The position numbers were made by a program, and so were the translations under genes. DNA of 64,000 nucleotides from Glaucostegus cemiculus (Eukaryota), in NCBI GenBank assembly GCA_976551045.1, contig CDPCPM010000323.1:4278001-4342000 (forward strand), read 5' to 3'. Of the stretch, positions 13,483-26,500 are shown piece by piece (the stretch's first letter is position 1; every line of letters starts with the position of its first letter). The notes beneath the pieces are model-generated. The model saw only the letters and a program-made list of their open reading frames with translations, did no database searches and was not told the origin of the DNA.

Positions 13483-13948
13483 TGTATAATGTTTAATACA
13501 CCTCAAGTGGCTGCGCAGAGAATGGCCACTTCCTAGCTCATTGTCTCATCCATCAGGTGAATACATGTTTTTTCATTGGTTGGTTTTGCCACAGGTATCT
13601 AATAGGTTTCCTGATTGGACTATTGTTAGCTAAGGAGTACCTCTTATCTCAGGTATAAAAAGTGTCATTTTTTTGTTAATCACTCTCTTGCCTCTATCTC
13701 TCTCTCTTGCCTTCATGTCTATCTTGCTCCCTCCACCCCCCCCCCCCCCCACCCTTCCCAGCTCAAGCTCATCTTTAGTTCCTTTTGTCTCGGCTGATTT
13801 CCTAGTAGTAAAGCTAATGCCATGTGCTCTGTGACTGTTTCTTTATTTTAGACTTCTCCAATAAAACTTAGTGAAGCACCAAGTTGTTTTCAACTCATTC
13901 TTGGACTCCTGAAAGAATCTGCAGATTCGAAAATAACCTGATCTGACA
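13483..13948 (+). mobile_element. Probable solo LTR
   Basis: TG...CA ends, ATTGG boxes, TATAAAAA near 13654, CT-rich tract, AATAAA near 13860; no TSD confirmed. Confidence 0.55.
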
Positions 13949-14359
13949 CCATCGACTGGTGTTCAATATTTATATCTTTTCTTCTCCCACTTTCACTGAC
14001 AAAGTAAATATTAGAAACCAAAGGAACAAAGATACTTTTCTAAATTTTCTCTTGGTTGATTGTGGAATTATGGACCTGATGAAACTTATGGAATAATTTA
14101 GAATTAAATATGTTTAGTGGAAAGCAATGGGAGTAAGGGGGGGATTTATCTCAACCTTCCCACTAGATATTGGATGAGATTGTGATTGGATGAAGACAAC
14201 AGTTGGACAAGCCTTGGTCTAATCAACATCTCTTTCCTTATCCCCTCCCTCCATTACCAGTACAGTTATTGGCTGGTCCTTTCGTAAGTGATGAATGGAA
14301 ATCACAACAGTAGGGTGGGGAATGAGGGTGGGGAGAAGATTGAGAGGATTGGGTGGTTA

Positions 14360-14602
14360 TCAGAATCAGAATTGTTCACTAGCACTGTTTTATATGACAT
14401 TTGTTGTTTTGCAGCAGCAGTACAGTGCAAAATTATTATAAATTACAAAGTAAATAAATATTGCAAATAAAAAGGAATAATGAGGTAGTGCTATGGGTTC
14501 GTGGGCCCTCCAGACATCTGATGGCAAAGGGCAAGAAGCTGCTCCTAAGTCATTGAGTGTGGATCTTCAGGCTCCTGTGCCTCCTCCCCAGTGGTAGCAA
14601 TG
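14360..14602 (-). mobile_element. Rex1/Babar LINE 3' end
   Basis: Reverse frame gives LLPLGRRHRSLKIHTQ, the Rex-type LLPSGRRYRS motif; (tctgat)-type tail. Confidence 0.7.
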
Positions 14603-15220
14603 ATAGTAATCCTTCTCTTTCCAGCTGCACAAACGAGGAAATAAAAAAAACTAAACCTTGCTTCTTTCCCCTTAGTTGCCTCCATTGCCTCTTTAAAGTT
14701 TGGTGTTTCACTGTTGACCTGGAAAGCCATATTGATCATTGCTCCATGTTCTTCAGTGTGTCTCACTATGAAGGTTCATGAAGCTCTGAGCATCTACTTG
14801 CTCTTGGTTAAATGGGCAAACAACAATGAGTTCAAAATGCCAACAGAAGGCATTTAAAAACGGCATCCCTGCTTTCAATGGGCAATAGAAAAAGTCTAAA
14901 AGATGGATCCCAATTACCCAAACGTTGTTTATGAGAATCACAGCAAAGGAAACAAAAGTAGAGAGCTGGTGAAGTTGAGGGAGCTAGTTTCAACGTTGAA
15001 GAGTCTGAAGATTCAACTACCAAATTACCTTCTCCATGATAAAGTTTAAAACCGTATCTGGTTGGTTCATTCCTGGATTAAAGATAGTCCAAAATGATGA
15101 AGAAACTTGTCTTGGATAAAGATACTCCACTTCATTCATTGTATATAGTTGCCCATATGTCTGTGTGGCTACCCACCAATAGCTTCATCACTTCTTCACA
15201 AGCTTGTTTCAAAGCTATAC

Positions 15221-15335
15221 ACTGCAGATGCTGGGACAAGATATAGATTCAGATGAAAGATCATTGACTTGAAATGTTAAATCTGTTTGTCACAACAAAT
15301 ATTTCCTTGCCTACTGAATATTTCCATCATTTTTA
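15221..15335. mobile_element. Decayed Penelope-type terminal repeat
   Basis: actgcagatgctgg followed by cagatgaaagatcattgacttgaaatgtt and ...ctactgaatatttccatcattttt. Confidence 0.5.
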
Positions 15336-15367
15336 GTTAAGGTTGTCACAATATCACCTTGGCTAGC

Positions 15368-15776
15368 TATCATGATTCTGAGTACTGGCCCTTAATTTGG
15401 TTCCTTAGATGCCTCGTTGTACAGCACATGGATTCCATGCTGGACTGATTGCATAATGACACACACCTGAGCCCCATCAGGGGCCTAGCATAAGTACCTG
15501 GGTTTCTCTAGCACTAGTTGCCAGAGGATTGGTCAACCTTCAGGTATACTTTGGCTCCTAGCTGCTTAGAGTGGTCTACTCCAGAGCAGTCCTGTGTTCT
15601 CTATTCCTGCTTGAAGATTCAGTTTGTGTTGGGATTACTACTCAGATCTCTGAGGCAAGATTTCCTTCCAGTTGTTGCCTGTATTTGGTCCTGAGGAAGT
15701 ATCCTGACTCCAGTCTTGTACCAGTGTGCTGCACTTGGGTTCTCTGTGAGCTTGCTCTTCAATCAACATTGTGACA
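15368..15776. mobile_element. Solo LTR, copy A
   Basis: T(A)TCA...TGACA termini, 5-bp TSD CTAGC at 15363-15367 and 15777-15781, near-identical to 30197-30604. Confidence 0.9.
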
Positions 15777-16165
15777 CTAGCATTCTATCTTGCACTGTTA
15801 TGAACTTTAGCTTATTGAAAGCTTTGTGCCTTTGGTCTACCCCACACTAAACCAAACTTGTACTTCACCCTCTTTTTTTTTTCTGACCTTAATAGATTCC
15901 TGTCCCTCAATTATTCCAATTCAGTGTGTGTCTTTTAATTGGTTGATGATCTCACTTTACCCTATCTAACTTCTTTTGATCCCAGCAATTTCCTAGTTCA
16001 CAGTGCCCCTGTGACTCAAGTCTGTTGTCCATTAACTCCCTCTTCACCTCAGTATTACTGTTTGCATCTTCAGACTCTGCATGTTGAAAATATCTCCCTC
16101 AGCATCTCCATCTCTCCATTTCCTATGTCATCATTCTCACATACTTACTATTTCTAACAACACTT

Positions 16166-16650
16166 CAAGTCACGTCAAGTTATGTCAAATTTATTGTCAT
16201 GTGCACAAGTATGGTGAGGCACAGGTACAGTGAAAAATTTGCTTGCAGCAGCATCACTGGCATGTAGGTTAAGACAGTGCACAGAGCATAAATTATACAA
16301 ATCAGTGAAGAAATAAAAAGACTGTATAAAACAAGACCTTAGCGCAAAAAAACACATTCAGAGGCTAATCCAATGTAGTGCAAGAGGTGATCTGTCATGT
16401 TCCATTGCTGAGGTAGGATTAGGATTGTGCCGGTCAGTTCGAGAACCTGACGGTTGTAGGAAAGTAGCTGTTCCTGAACCTGGTGGTGTGGGACTTCAGA
16501 CTTCTGTACCTCCTGCCTGACGGTAGCAGCAAGGAGAGGGCATGACCTGGATGGGGTGGGGGATCCTTGATGATAAGTGTGACCTTCTTGAGACAGCACG
16601 TCATGTAGGTGCTTTAGATAGTAGGGAGGGCTGTGCCCATGGTGGACCAT
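16166..16650 (-). mobile_element. Rex1/Babar LINE 3' end
   Basis: Reverse frame reads HPGHALSLLLPSGRRYRSLKSHTTRFRNSYFPT; (acttg)-type tail. Confidence 0.85.
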
Positions 16651-16687
16651 GGGCATAGTAATTGTGGTCTATTTTTTCCCAAGTTTC

Positions 16688-16870
16688 ACAAGAATAAGAG
16701 TCAGCCATTCAGCACCTCAAACCCGACTGACATTGCAAAGGGTCACAGCTGATTTATGGGCTCAACTTCATCCCCTGATCCCCTCAGGACCAACAATCCA
16801 ACTATCTCAGTTTACTACAGCTTTCTGGAGTAGAGAACTCCAAAGATTTTGAGAAATTGCTCTTCTGTGA
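16688..16870 (-). mobile_element. CR1-type LINE 3' tail, decayed
   Basis: aagaataagagtcagccattcagc...ggtcacagctgat...ggagtagagaactccaaagatt is the reverse of the tail at 35-310. Confidence 0.6.
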
Positions 16871-17263
16871 AATACCCTGAGATGTTTTCCAGCATTACAG
16901 GCTTTATATGTAAGCAATATGTAGTATTTGCATTTGTTGCAATAATAGTAACATTACAATTATCTGTTCTTTGTCCTGGTACTTTGCAGGAGCAAACGAA
17001 AGCACGGTGCAATTGCTAATGAAGATAAGGCTAGATAATTAAGCAAAATGACTGACAAAGGTTATCCTGCAACTACAATTCAGTGCTAGACATTGTTATC
17101 CTTTTGAACTTGTTCTCTTTCTGATAAGCAGGGTTAACTATCTTATGTTGAAATATATTTATTTGAAAAGGCTTGAAGGTGTTGAACAACCCTGGTGAAT
17201 TTGTGTTTTGAAGGAATAGCATGAGACATATCTCTATTTCATTGGATGGCTTTCTCCACTCAC

Positions 17264-17487
17264 TTAAAGGGTGGATTCATCTTGGTTCCTCTACACACAT
17301 TACACTTCATGCGCAGATCATACTTGTAAATTGACTTGATAAGTACACATCTTTGTAGATTTGTTCGACACGTCATGCTCCTAAATATGTCGTCATAAGA
17401 GTCAGACGGAGCCATTGTGGTGGGAATATCCTCAAAGAGTGAGATTCCTCTTTCCGTAACTATCGCGGAAGTGCGATACAGCATCAT
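17264..17487 (-). CDS. Candidate alternative first coding exon (74 codons, phase 2), host gene unidentified
   Basis: True ATG start; the open frame MMLYRTSAIVTERG...GTKMNPPF ends at donor TAA|GTGAGT; about 10 CpG in about 210 bp against a CpG-poor background; not recognisably repetitive. Confidence 0.4.
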
Positions 17488-17799
17488 TTAAATAAATAAG
17501 CAAGGTCCATTATAGCGAAGTACCACAGTAAGAAGACAGCAATTTCCTTGCCATGGTGCTTTCTGATCTCCCTTCATCTTCTCTGTGATTCCTTGCATTA
17601 CCCAGAAGAGCACTCTTTTGATATATCTCTGTCACATCTCTTTCTATGTCAGTAGGCTGTTTGTCTAGCAGCTGTGCAAACTGATGAAACTGCTCACAGA
17701 ACATGCAATTGCAGATTTACATTCTCCTCACAATGATACTGCAGACTAGACATCACCTTCAGATATTTAGGAAATAAAGTTGCTTCCTCACCAATTTAC

Positions 17800-17970
17800 C
17801 CACAATAACATTAAAGGTCTTTTAGGGAAGAAAATCTTGCAATTGTTCTGGTTTGACCTATATGAAGCTCCAACCTCACCAATGTGGTTGACTCTCAACT
17901 GCCCTCTGGAATTGCCTAGGAAGACATTCCAAATGAGTTCCAAGGGAATGCAGGAAACAGGGCCTCGCTG
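17800..17970 (+). mobile_element. tRNA-derived SINE fragment (second chondrichthyan family)
   Basis: tttagggaagaaaatc...aatgtggttgactctcaactgccctctg; related to 18730-19072 and 59055-59365. Confidence 0.6.
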
Positions 17971-18104
17971 AGTTTAATGGAAGTGCAAGAAATGGGGTCT
18001 GATGTGTTAATGGGAATGAGCACCCAGTGATCTAAATGCTGAACCACTGGGATTTCCAAACAACTGGAGAGTGGTTTATCAGAGTTTTCTTTAATTTATT
18101 TTGT

Positions 18105-18362
18105 TTTAAGGAATAAATTGGCTTGGACATTGGAAAAATCCTCCTTTCTTATTAAAATCCTACTTTGTGTTTTTTAACATCTATCTAAGGGTTCAAACAT
18201 AAGTTCAATTTAACAATCCACTCCAAAACAGCACCTGTGACAGTGCAGCTCTCCTTTAGTAGTAACACTGAGATGTTACCTGGATTATTCATATGATTTC
18301 TTAGAATGGAGCTGACCCCATGAACTTCTGGTTCAGAAATTAGTGTGCTGCCAATTAGCCAA
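18105..18362 (-). mobile_element. DeuSINE-like SINE, 5' half
   Basis: acagcacctgtgacagtgcagc...acttctggttcaga is the reverse of the 59540 and 61545 copies. Confidence 0.6.
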
Positions 18363-18729
18363 GAGCAACAACAGGTTTCAAGTATCACCAGACCTCTTTG
18401 ATTTAAGGCTGGCAATTTCCTTAAGGCAGCTGATATTATCTACAGCATTATCTGTTCCTCTCCAGAATTAACACTATCCTATTGCTTTTTGAACAATTTG
18501 ACAAATGACTGATGGTTGTGTTAGTGATAGACCACAATGCATTATTACAACATTCTTTATTTTCTTTATCTGTTGTTTTGATGTATACGTTAGCACATTT
18601 TCCTTGAATTGCTTCCCTAAGATAACATACAGTGGAATGTCATTCAACTCCATTAAGTACATAGATAATAGCTCCATTATTAAAATCTTGGCTGTAATTA
18701 TTTGGAGATGATTTTGGTTTTTTTTTGCT

Positions 18730-19072
18730 TGGTGGGTGTTGATGCCACTGTTGGAATTGGTAATTGCTGTTCAGTGCCAAATGCCCTTGAACAGAGGAGG
18801 CAGTAAATAATCAACCATTATCGTGAATCATATAAATTGGGTGGAGATTGCAGATCTTTTCCCTGAAGGACATAAATGAAGAGTATTGGAAAACTAGATG
18901 GACTTTTCTGATAATCTGGTAGTCTCATGATTGTCATTACTAATTCTGGCTCTTTATTCCACATTTATTTAATTTAAACTCTCCAGATGCTAAAATACGA
19001 TTCTACTAATGGATCAATCATTTAAGCCATTGGATACAAGTCCAGCAGCTGAATCACTGTTATTATGTACCA
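18730..19072 (-). mobile_element. tRNA-derived SINE (same family as 59055)
   Basis: Reverse of the head (tggacttgta..aatgg) and core (atgtccttcagggaaaagatctgc). Confidence 0.55.
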
Positions 19073-19199
19073 TTAAGATGCTGTTAAATTTACTGTAGCT
19101 TCATCACAGTGGAGATTTCTTCCATAGGCTTTGACCAAGTCATTGTGCTGTGACCTGATGACTGTATATTGTTCCTTTGCTGTTCTCTGTAACCTCTAC

Positions 19200-19495
19200 A
19201 TCTCTCTAAGAAATTTGTGCACCTCTATCTTTAACTTCTTGGGTAGGCTCTTATTTTCTTCACTATATAGTTGGTTTTCATGGCTCAGTAGTGATCACTG
19301 GAATCACTCTACAGAGCTCTCCACATATCTACCTTTCTCTCCTTTTGGAGTGTTCCTTAAGACCCACCCATTAGAGCAAACTTATGTTCTCCTGTCCTAA
19401 CTTGTTGGTAACTTCTTTTCTGAAAACTCTCCTGCAAAATGCCTTGGAATATACTATTTTAACAAAAGTATGTCAGTATTACAAGTTATTGTCAT
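19200..19495 (+). mobile_element. L2-type LINE 3' end
   Basis: tggaatcactcta...ccttaagacccacccattagagcaaac gives the WNSLP...LKTHL-like end, then a ctcctg...gccttggaat tail. Confidence 0.55.
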
Positions 19496-19514
19496 TTGTG
19501 GGGAAAAAGAAGAG

Positions 19515-19835
19515 AAAAGAATAAGATACTTGCATTTATATTTCTCTTTTCATGTCCTTTTCAGGATGTGGATTACACCCAATGAATTCTTTTGAAGTGT
19601 AGTAAGTGTTAACTTTCAGGAAATATTGCAGCAGATTTGTGCATAACAAGCTCCAACAAACAGGATTGTGTGATAACCTGCTCTAGTAATTTTAATTATG
19701 AGGTAAATTTGGTCAGAATATCAGGAGAACTCCCCTGACTATTTTCAAAGATTGCAGTGAGTTTTTTATCTCCACTTGTGAGATTATGGTTTCATATTTC
19801 ATCGTACATCATTCCCTGAGAACTATGTCAGGCTA
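19515..19835 (-). mobile_element. DeuSINE-like SINE
   Basis: acttgcatttata...tcaggatgt...tttgaagtgtagt...caggagaactcccctg; lies tail-to-tail with the L2 fragment. Confidence 0.7.
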
Positions 19836-22800
19836 GTTGAATGTGGATGGTAGGATGTCTAGGCCATTGGATTTGGTGACTAAACGTTTAGTTAAAGAAC
19901 TAGGTATTAAGAAGAACCTAAACTAAAAACAAGAGACTCATACAAGAGACTGATTCAACAGGATAGTGAGGATTATTTCTACACATGGCCCAGTTCTGCC
20001 AAGCTCTCTCTTTCTCTCATTTACATTATCCTTTAAATCTAAACCACATGGAGAAGACTTCAAATGTTTGTACTTAGCAACAGCCATTGTGCCTAATTCT
20101 AACAATATTTATGCATGCTCAAGCAAAGTACGTGTACTTTGTTAAAAATAAATAGTTCCACCGCGCCCCTCCATCCCCACCCCCCCAGACCACCAGCATC
20201 CCAATACACCATAATTTTCGTTTGAATCTGTACATGTTGACCATGTTGGGCAAAATTTTAATTATATTCATCATCCTTGTTCATATGCTTAATAGTCTCT
20301 TTACTATTTGTGATTCAAAGGTAAAGGGATAGTCACGTCTGGCCCTCATGATGTACATTTCCCAAATTTATATGATCCGTCACATCTGCCATTAGCACAT
20401 TCGGCTGGACTGACAGACGTATTTTCCTACAGCTGGATTGGTGAGATGTGCTCTTACCCTCTGAAGATTCAGTCACATTAGCTGGTGAGCTGAATGCGTC
20501 ATTTGAACAATGGAAGCCTGTCAGCACAGACAGCAGGGCACAAATGTATGATCTCAACACTGACAGTGAGGGTCTCTAAGGGTAAACTGCTTTGCTGGAA
20601 CTAATTAAACATATGAAATTATTACAAGAATATGCAGATGTTGTTTACATTTTACCATATGCTATTATGCCAGGTAATAACTCTCATACAGAAGACACCC
20701 CCATCAAGAAGAAATGGTCTGAAGCATAGTCTCCAGGTGTCACCTTTGAGCTGCTTGGCTGACTGTGAATTTGACAGAATCTGACTGTACAAAAACTTAG
20801 CAGCTTTCTGCCTTGCATCGCTTATCTACCTTGATGCATCCTGTTGTTACCCATAAGCAGTGGCAACTTTATATTCCCTTTACTTCCTACCTTTTGCAGA
20901 TTGTTTGCTGTGTTTTAAGCAATTCAGTTGAAAGTTTGCTCATCTGTCAATTTGAATATTAGAGTTATAAATGTTAATACTTTTAGCATTCACTGGTTAA
21001 ACTGTCTCTAATTTAATAAGAAGTATAACAGGATGGTTAGACTATTAAAATATAGAATCATAATTTTTCAAGACAACAAAATTTAAATGAACAAGAGAAT
21101 AATGTTTATTTTGATTTTATTATTTTTTCTATTTCAATTATAATTATTATTCAGCATTTTACAGCAACTAATTACTTTTATTTCATAACCCAGCTTTTCT
21201 AACTGGCATTTTATTCATATCATGAATATATAACAATAAACTTCAGAATGTAAAGCTTACATATATATTATGCAACAGACTAATTTGTCCATGATGGGTT
21301 AGCAGGGTGTCTGTATAGTCTGTACATTGACATTCAGGCATATTTTGACACTGAAATTATTGGGAAAATTAGAACAGAAAATACCAGGGATACACTGCAG
21401 ATATACCAGACTCTATTATAATAAAACATAAAACAATGATACAGGAGCAGTAGGCTTTTGATGGGAACTATTATAAGAAAAGGTTTGTATCTGAAATAAT
21501 AACTTGCCCTTTCCTTTTCCAAAAGCAAATGGAACACTATGTTTTTTGCCATCATCTGCCTTATTTCACTTTGCAGCTTATATTTTGTACTTCTATAAAA
21601 ATATAACTGAATGTACAAAAATGCCATGATTTAAATCTATAACTTAAAGCATACTGACATAGTAAGATTCATTGTTTTAATAAGTCTTAGTAATTATTTT
21701 AACCATTTATGATTTGTTTAATTGTGTTAATTTTATTATGGCATTTCTGATATTAAAATGCTTCATTGCTACCAGTGTGAATACCAAAAACAGGCTAAAA
21801 ATATCCAATTGCATGGATAATAAAAGGACAAAAATGTCTTTATACTATTTATTTCAACATTGTGATTAAACTTAATACTGCAATATTTAAGTAGAATTCT
21901 ATACTACTTTTGTTCTATTTAGTCAATCTAATATATGCAAAAATGTTACTTAAAAAGTTACAAAAACATCCCAGAAAATTTCCCATGCACACATTTATTA
22001 ATTATTACCAATACTCTTTTTCAGCAGTTACTGGCTTTCATTGTCCAGGTCAAAAATTGTAATCTGATCCAGACAGCATAATAATTCCTATAATTATCAG
22101 CTCCCTCGAAGAACTAGCTACAATCACCAGTCATCAATTTCTACAGTACAGTGTTCATGCAGATGAATGCATGCTTAGGTAACTCCTTGTCACACCAATA
22201 CAATCAATCAGATAGGCTTTAACAACTAGCATTGCACAATAATAAGTTTTTAATAGACATGAGGCAGCATCGTTTTGCTCATTTGAAAATATAAGATGCT
22301 GATGTTCATTGCTAGAAATGTCTTCCATAATTTTTTTAAAATTTATAATAGGGACTTAAATGCATTTTGAAATATGATCCGCTTTGTACATTATTTGATT
22401 GCTGTACATCTATATATCCCAGACAAAATCAAATTAAGCATTTTAATGCTAAGGAAAATCATACTTATTAGTACATTTATTTTGCTATTGAAGTATAGTA
22501 GCATACTTTTAACAAGGTGGGATTGCATTAAAAATAGCAGATTGTAAGGTCAACAGAAAAGCTGTCTCAATAGTACATTACATTTTGAAAATAAAATAGA
22601 TTTACGTGCCTTTTCCTTCTAAGCAATAATATTCAGCATCCATGGGTCTTAATTTATCCATTAATCTAGGGAAATAATTTCATTGTTAAGGATGAATTAC
22701 TTAATAAACTAATTCATGTGTACTCTTCTCATTTGCTTTCATTTTCCTTAATAACTTAACATCACAGAAAAGCAAATGTTGTTTCAAACAAGGAATAAAG

Positions 22801-23246
22801 ATAAGCTATTGAGATGAAAGTATGAAAAAAACAATGCAAATTAGTCAGTGTTGGTTCTTGCATTGTATGTTAATTTGGCCAGTTTGTTCCACAATACTGT
22901 ATATTCTGGAAGTGGACATACAGTAGCATGTAAAAAAAGCAGTTTTACATAAACAGAAATATTTTATGATGATTACGCAAAAATACCTACTATTGGAATA
23001 TGCTGGAATTAATTCTATATGCTAGAATTAATATTTATAAATTGAAATCATTCATTGATCCTCAACATATTTTCTTTAGAAGCTGTAATTATAATACAGC
23101 TATTAATTGTGATAAAGTATAACAAACCTAAGAAAATAAGGAAAAAAATCGAAAACAAAAATGTCTTTCTATCATCTTTTCACCATCCCATTAAGCACTC
23201 CAGAATATTGTCCCTTTGATTTTAAAATTATGCAGAAAATACCAAC

Positions 23247-23505
23247 CTAGAGGTTACTGAACTGCTTGACTCCCATGCTGTTTGGGACCGGCTGTCTTTA
23301 ATGAACCAGACAGCCCACTATTGAAAGTGATGCCCACCTCTAACCTTTTTAGTGCTTCTACTCCCCTCCTCTCGGGTTAGCATTCAGCTGAGGGGTACGA
23401 CAATTTGGCAGAAGTTTTCAGACTAGTTGGCAGCCAGTTCATCCCTGGGAGTTTTCAGCTGACATCTCTCTCAACCAGTCTGAACAGAGGTCAGTGGCAA
23501 CCCTG
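23247..23505. mobile_element. Possible ancient MITE
   Basis: GC-richer island in AT-rich DNA with imperfect TIR-like ends (tagaggttac... / ...gtggcaaccctg). Confidence 0.3.
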
Positions 23506-26500
23506 ACTCCCAGGCCCCAACTCACCAAACTGTGTCACAAGTCATGACCAATATAAATTGAAATTTTAAAGCTCTGCTGTGAAGGTTTTCCTTCCCTCAA
23601 TACTTCCTGGGTGACAGCTTATATTTGACTCAGCCCCAACTATAGGCTTATTATAGTGTTAAAAATTCAGAACGCGTGCAGGCTGCAAATATTTTAGATC
23701 AGAAACGCTGAACCTATCTGCATTTCTGCAACACTAGATAAATATTAAATCAGCATCCTTGTAAATAAAGCACATAGTTTTTCTTTAAGGATTTTTAAAT
23801 AAACAAGATTATCATTTTAAACAACAAATGATAGAATATTTTTTTACAGAGCCAAGATATTTTGATCTTATACCATTTAAATGTTCTGTAACATAGTTTG
23901 GCAATGTGATTAGTATTCAGCTTTGGTTTTGCTAAGACTAAGCTTGAAAAATAATGTATTATATGTTATGAACAATGTTTTCCCCCCCCCACCTACTAAG
24001 AAGTTCTCAAAGGGATTAATGATATTAATAAAAACAAATTAAGGCACTTATCTCAGCGGTGATGCCAACAATTGTCATTCAGGTAATTAGATTTCTGAAA
24101 AGCATTTAACCAGAAAACAATGGCATATTATTATGCTGACTGAACAGCGAGTTATTTTGAGTGCTGGGGCTACTTGTCACAGTATTTTTTGAAAAGAATT
24201 CTAGCAGGCCTAGAGGACTGCATTTCATAGTGTATTGAAAGTAGATTCCTTGGGTTAGTGTATGAGACTAACATTGCCAAACTACACCAACCAAAGATCA
24301 GTTCTGAACAATTATGTAAAAATTATGCATAGCTATGCAAATATATCATGAAAACTATATTCCAATTTTTAAAATTTTACAATGAAACTAGTTAGTCTCT
24401 TGTATTGCCGTGTTAAATAGATTTAAGCATTTGCAAAGGTTATTGTGTTAGGACATTTACATTCAGTATTTTTATCAATGTTAAGAAGTGTCCACAAATA
24501 AATTAATATGCAATATATATTAACATAGCTTTTGTGTCCCAGTTCTTATAATATAGGAACTGGGAACTTTTAACTCTTAATGGGAACAAAAATATTTCAT
24601 GATCTTTTAATCTTTTCTCTGTTCTCCAATTCAAAGCTCTATGATACTGCAGTGATACAAGCTTTCATATTAGATAGTTTCATGACAAATATTGATATTA
24701 TTATACTGATCTGGAAAATCACTGAATTAACTATAGTAAATTCCTATCACCTTAGCAGGGCTGTAAAGTCATCTCATATGAGGAAATATTGTATTCAGTA
24801 CAGCTAATTAAGATGCTTGAATACATATAATGATGCTGTTGTTCTAAGTGATACAAATGTGCTTTTGAAATTGTTAAACTACTGGACAGTGAGTGATTGA
24901 ACACAAAATAAATATTTCAATTGACTTATAAAAAGGTGAAGTGGTTTTAATTTTTTTTAAGTTGCATTTTAATGTAATCACCATTGTTATGATGAAAATG
25001 TGTAGTACAAGTTAAAGGTTTTCCAGAACTTCAATAGTTTTATGTTACCTATGATTTAAAAAAAGAAAAACATCATTTTCCAGCAGAAGGTTTCTTTGCA
25101 TTATTGTTCCACAGGAGTCCCAAGCACAAATGCAACAATATTTGTACTGCTTTGAAAATATGTTAGCTAATTTGTTTTCAGGATTATTACAAATAAATGA
25201 CATTGATGAGAAGCAAGCTTGGAGTTTTGTTCAATAATAACTCTCTGCACATTTTCACGTTTCAATTTGATTTAAGCTTAGCTCGGTTTGACAAGGCTAT
25301 GTGCTCCACAAGTCACTTAAACTTGATTTAATAGGCGACATGGGTTGGGAAATGTACAACTCTTTACATGTTGGACATCTGAAGTAAATGCAAGCATCAC
25401 TCTTGGATGTGATAAAGTAATCTTAAGCCAGCCCCAGCCTGCCACATCGAGCCTAAAGGGATTTGATGTGGTGTCAGAACCTTTGGCTCAAGGGTCACTT
25501 TCTGTTCTTGCTTCCTTTATGACAAAAGCAGGCTTTTGTCTTGTGTATTCATCACTGATGTTGCACACAGGCATTTTTTTTTCTGCCTTCAGAAACATTT
25601 TCATTAAAGGTGAAACTCTGAAGTATCGAAGACAGGCTGTATAAGTTAAAATCCAGAGCCTCTTATGCAGCCTGATTGAAATCACTACAGCTCCATAGCT
25701 ATGTCAGGGCCGTCATATCTCAGAAAGACATAAAACACATGGAAACATCAATAAAAAACAAGCTACTGACAGCTCAGAGACATACCAGCTGATGATAGGA
25801 GAAAGGGGGAAGGTTATGGCTCAAGGGGGAATTTTAAAATGCCTAACAGCCAGTGGAAGTGTCTACAGACTTCAGGGAGGCTGACGAACACAAGATAAAG
25901 TCTATCAGGTTATCACCTGTTCGAGCAGGAACCCAGACAGCAAGGCCGCAGGGACCATGGATGACACATGAACCATTTTATTTGCAAAATATATCAGAGG
26001 AGAGGCCCCATACAGTAAGGTTGCCTTGACAGCTCTTATGCCAAGTCAGATAAAAGAAAATGTTAAAGAGGAAGATGAGCAGCATGTTACAGTGAAGGAA
26101 TTCTGCTTCTAGCTATGGTTTACAGACAAAAAAAAAGATTAACTAAGTGTGTTAATTCTTCTTTACCATAAGTGGATCAACTCATGTACTGAGATCAGAG
26201 ATGTTTTCAAGTGGTAATTTTGTTTGATTGCTATAATAATGAAAGTAGCTTTTTTAAGTTCAACCTTCTGACTGGGTGGGAGACTTCAACTGTTATTATT
26301 CTACTATGACTCGAAACATTGTTTTTAATGCAATATATGCCAAATTAAAGGTGATTGAAGTTTCAATCAACAATACTGCAATGACCCATCTTTGTGGGCA
26401 TGGTACTATATTGCAGGAAATTAAAGTTTGCTGAAAACACTGCTAGCTAATTACAATTCTATAAATCTTGATATGTGAAATTGATCACATTATCAATGTT

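Noticed and set aside
14610-15220. Coding-like composition
   Set aside because: The frames I translated are interrupted by stops and show no convincing motif; possibly a very old TE, left uncalled.
20333-20560. Signal-peptide-like minus-strand ORF with an internal GTAAGA donor
   Set aside because: Starts at GTG rather than ATG, and I see no acceptor or homology; more likely non-coding.
24039-24068. ttaaggcac-ttatctca-gcggtgatgccaa resembles miR-124-3p
   Set aside because: Needs an 8-nt insertion and a deletion; no 5p arm or hairpin upstream, so a chance match.
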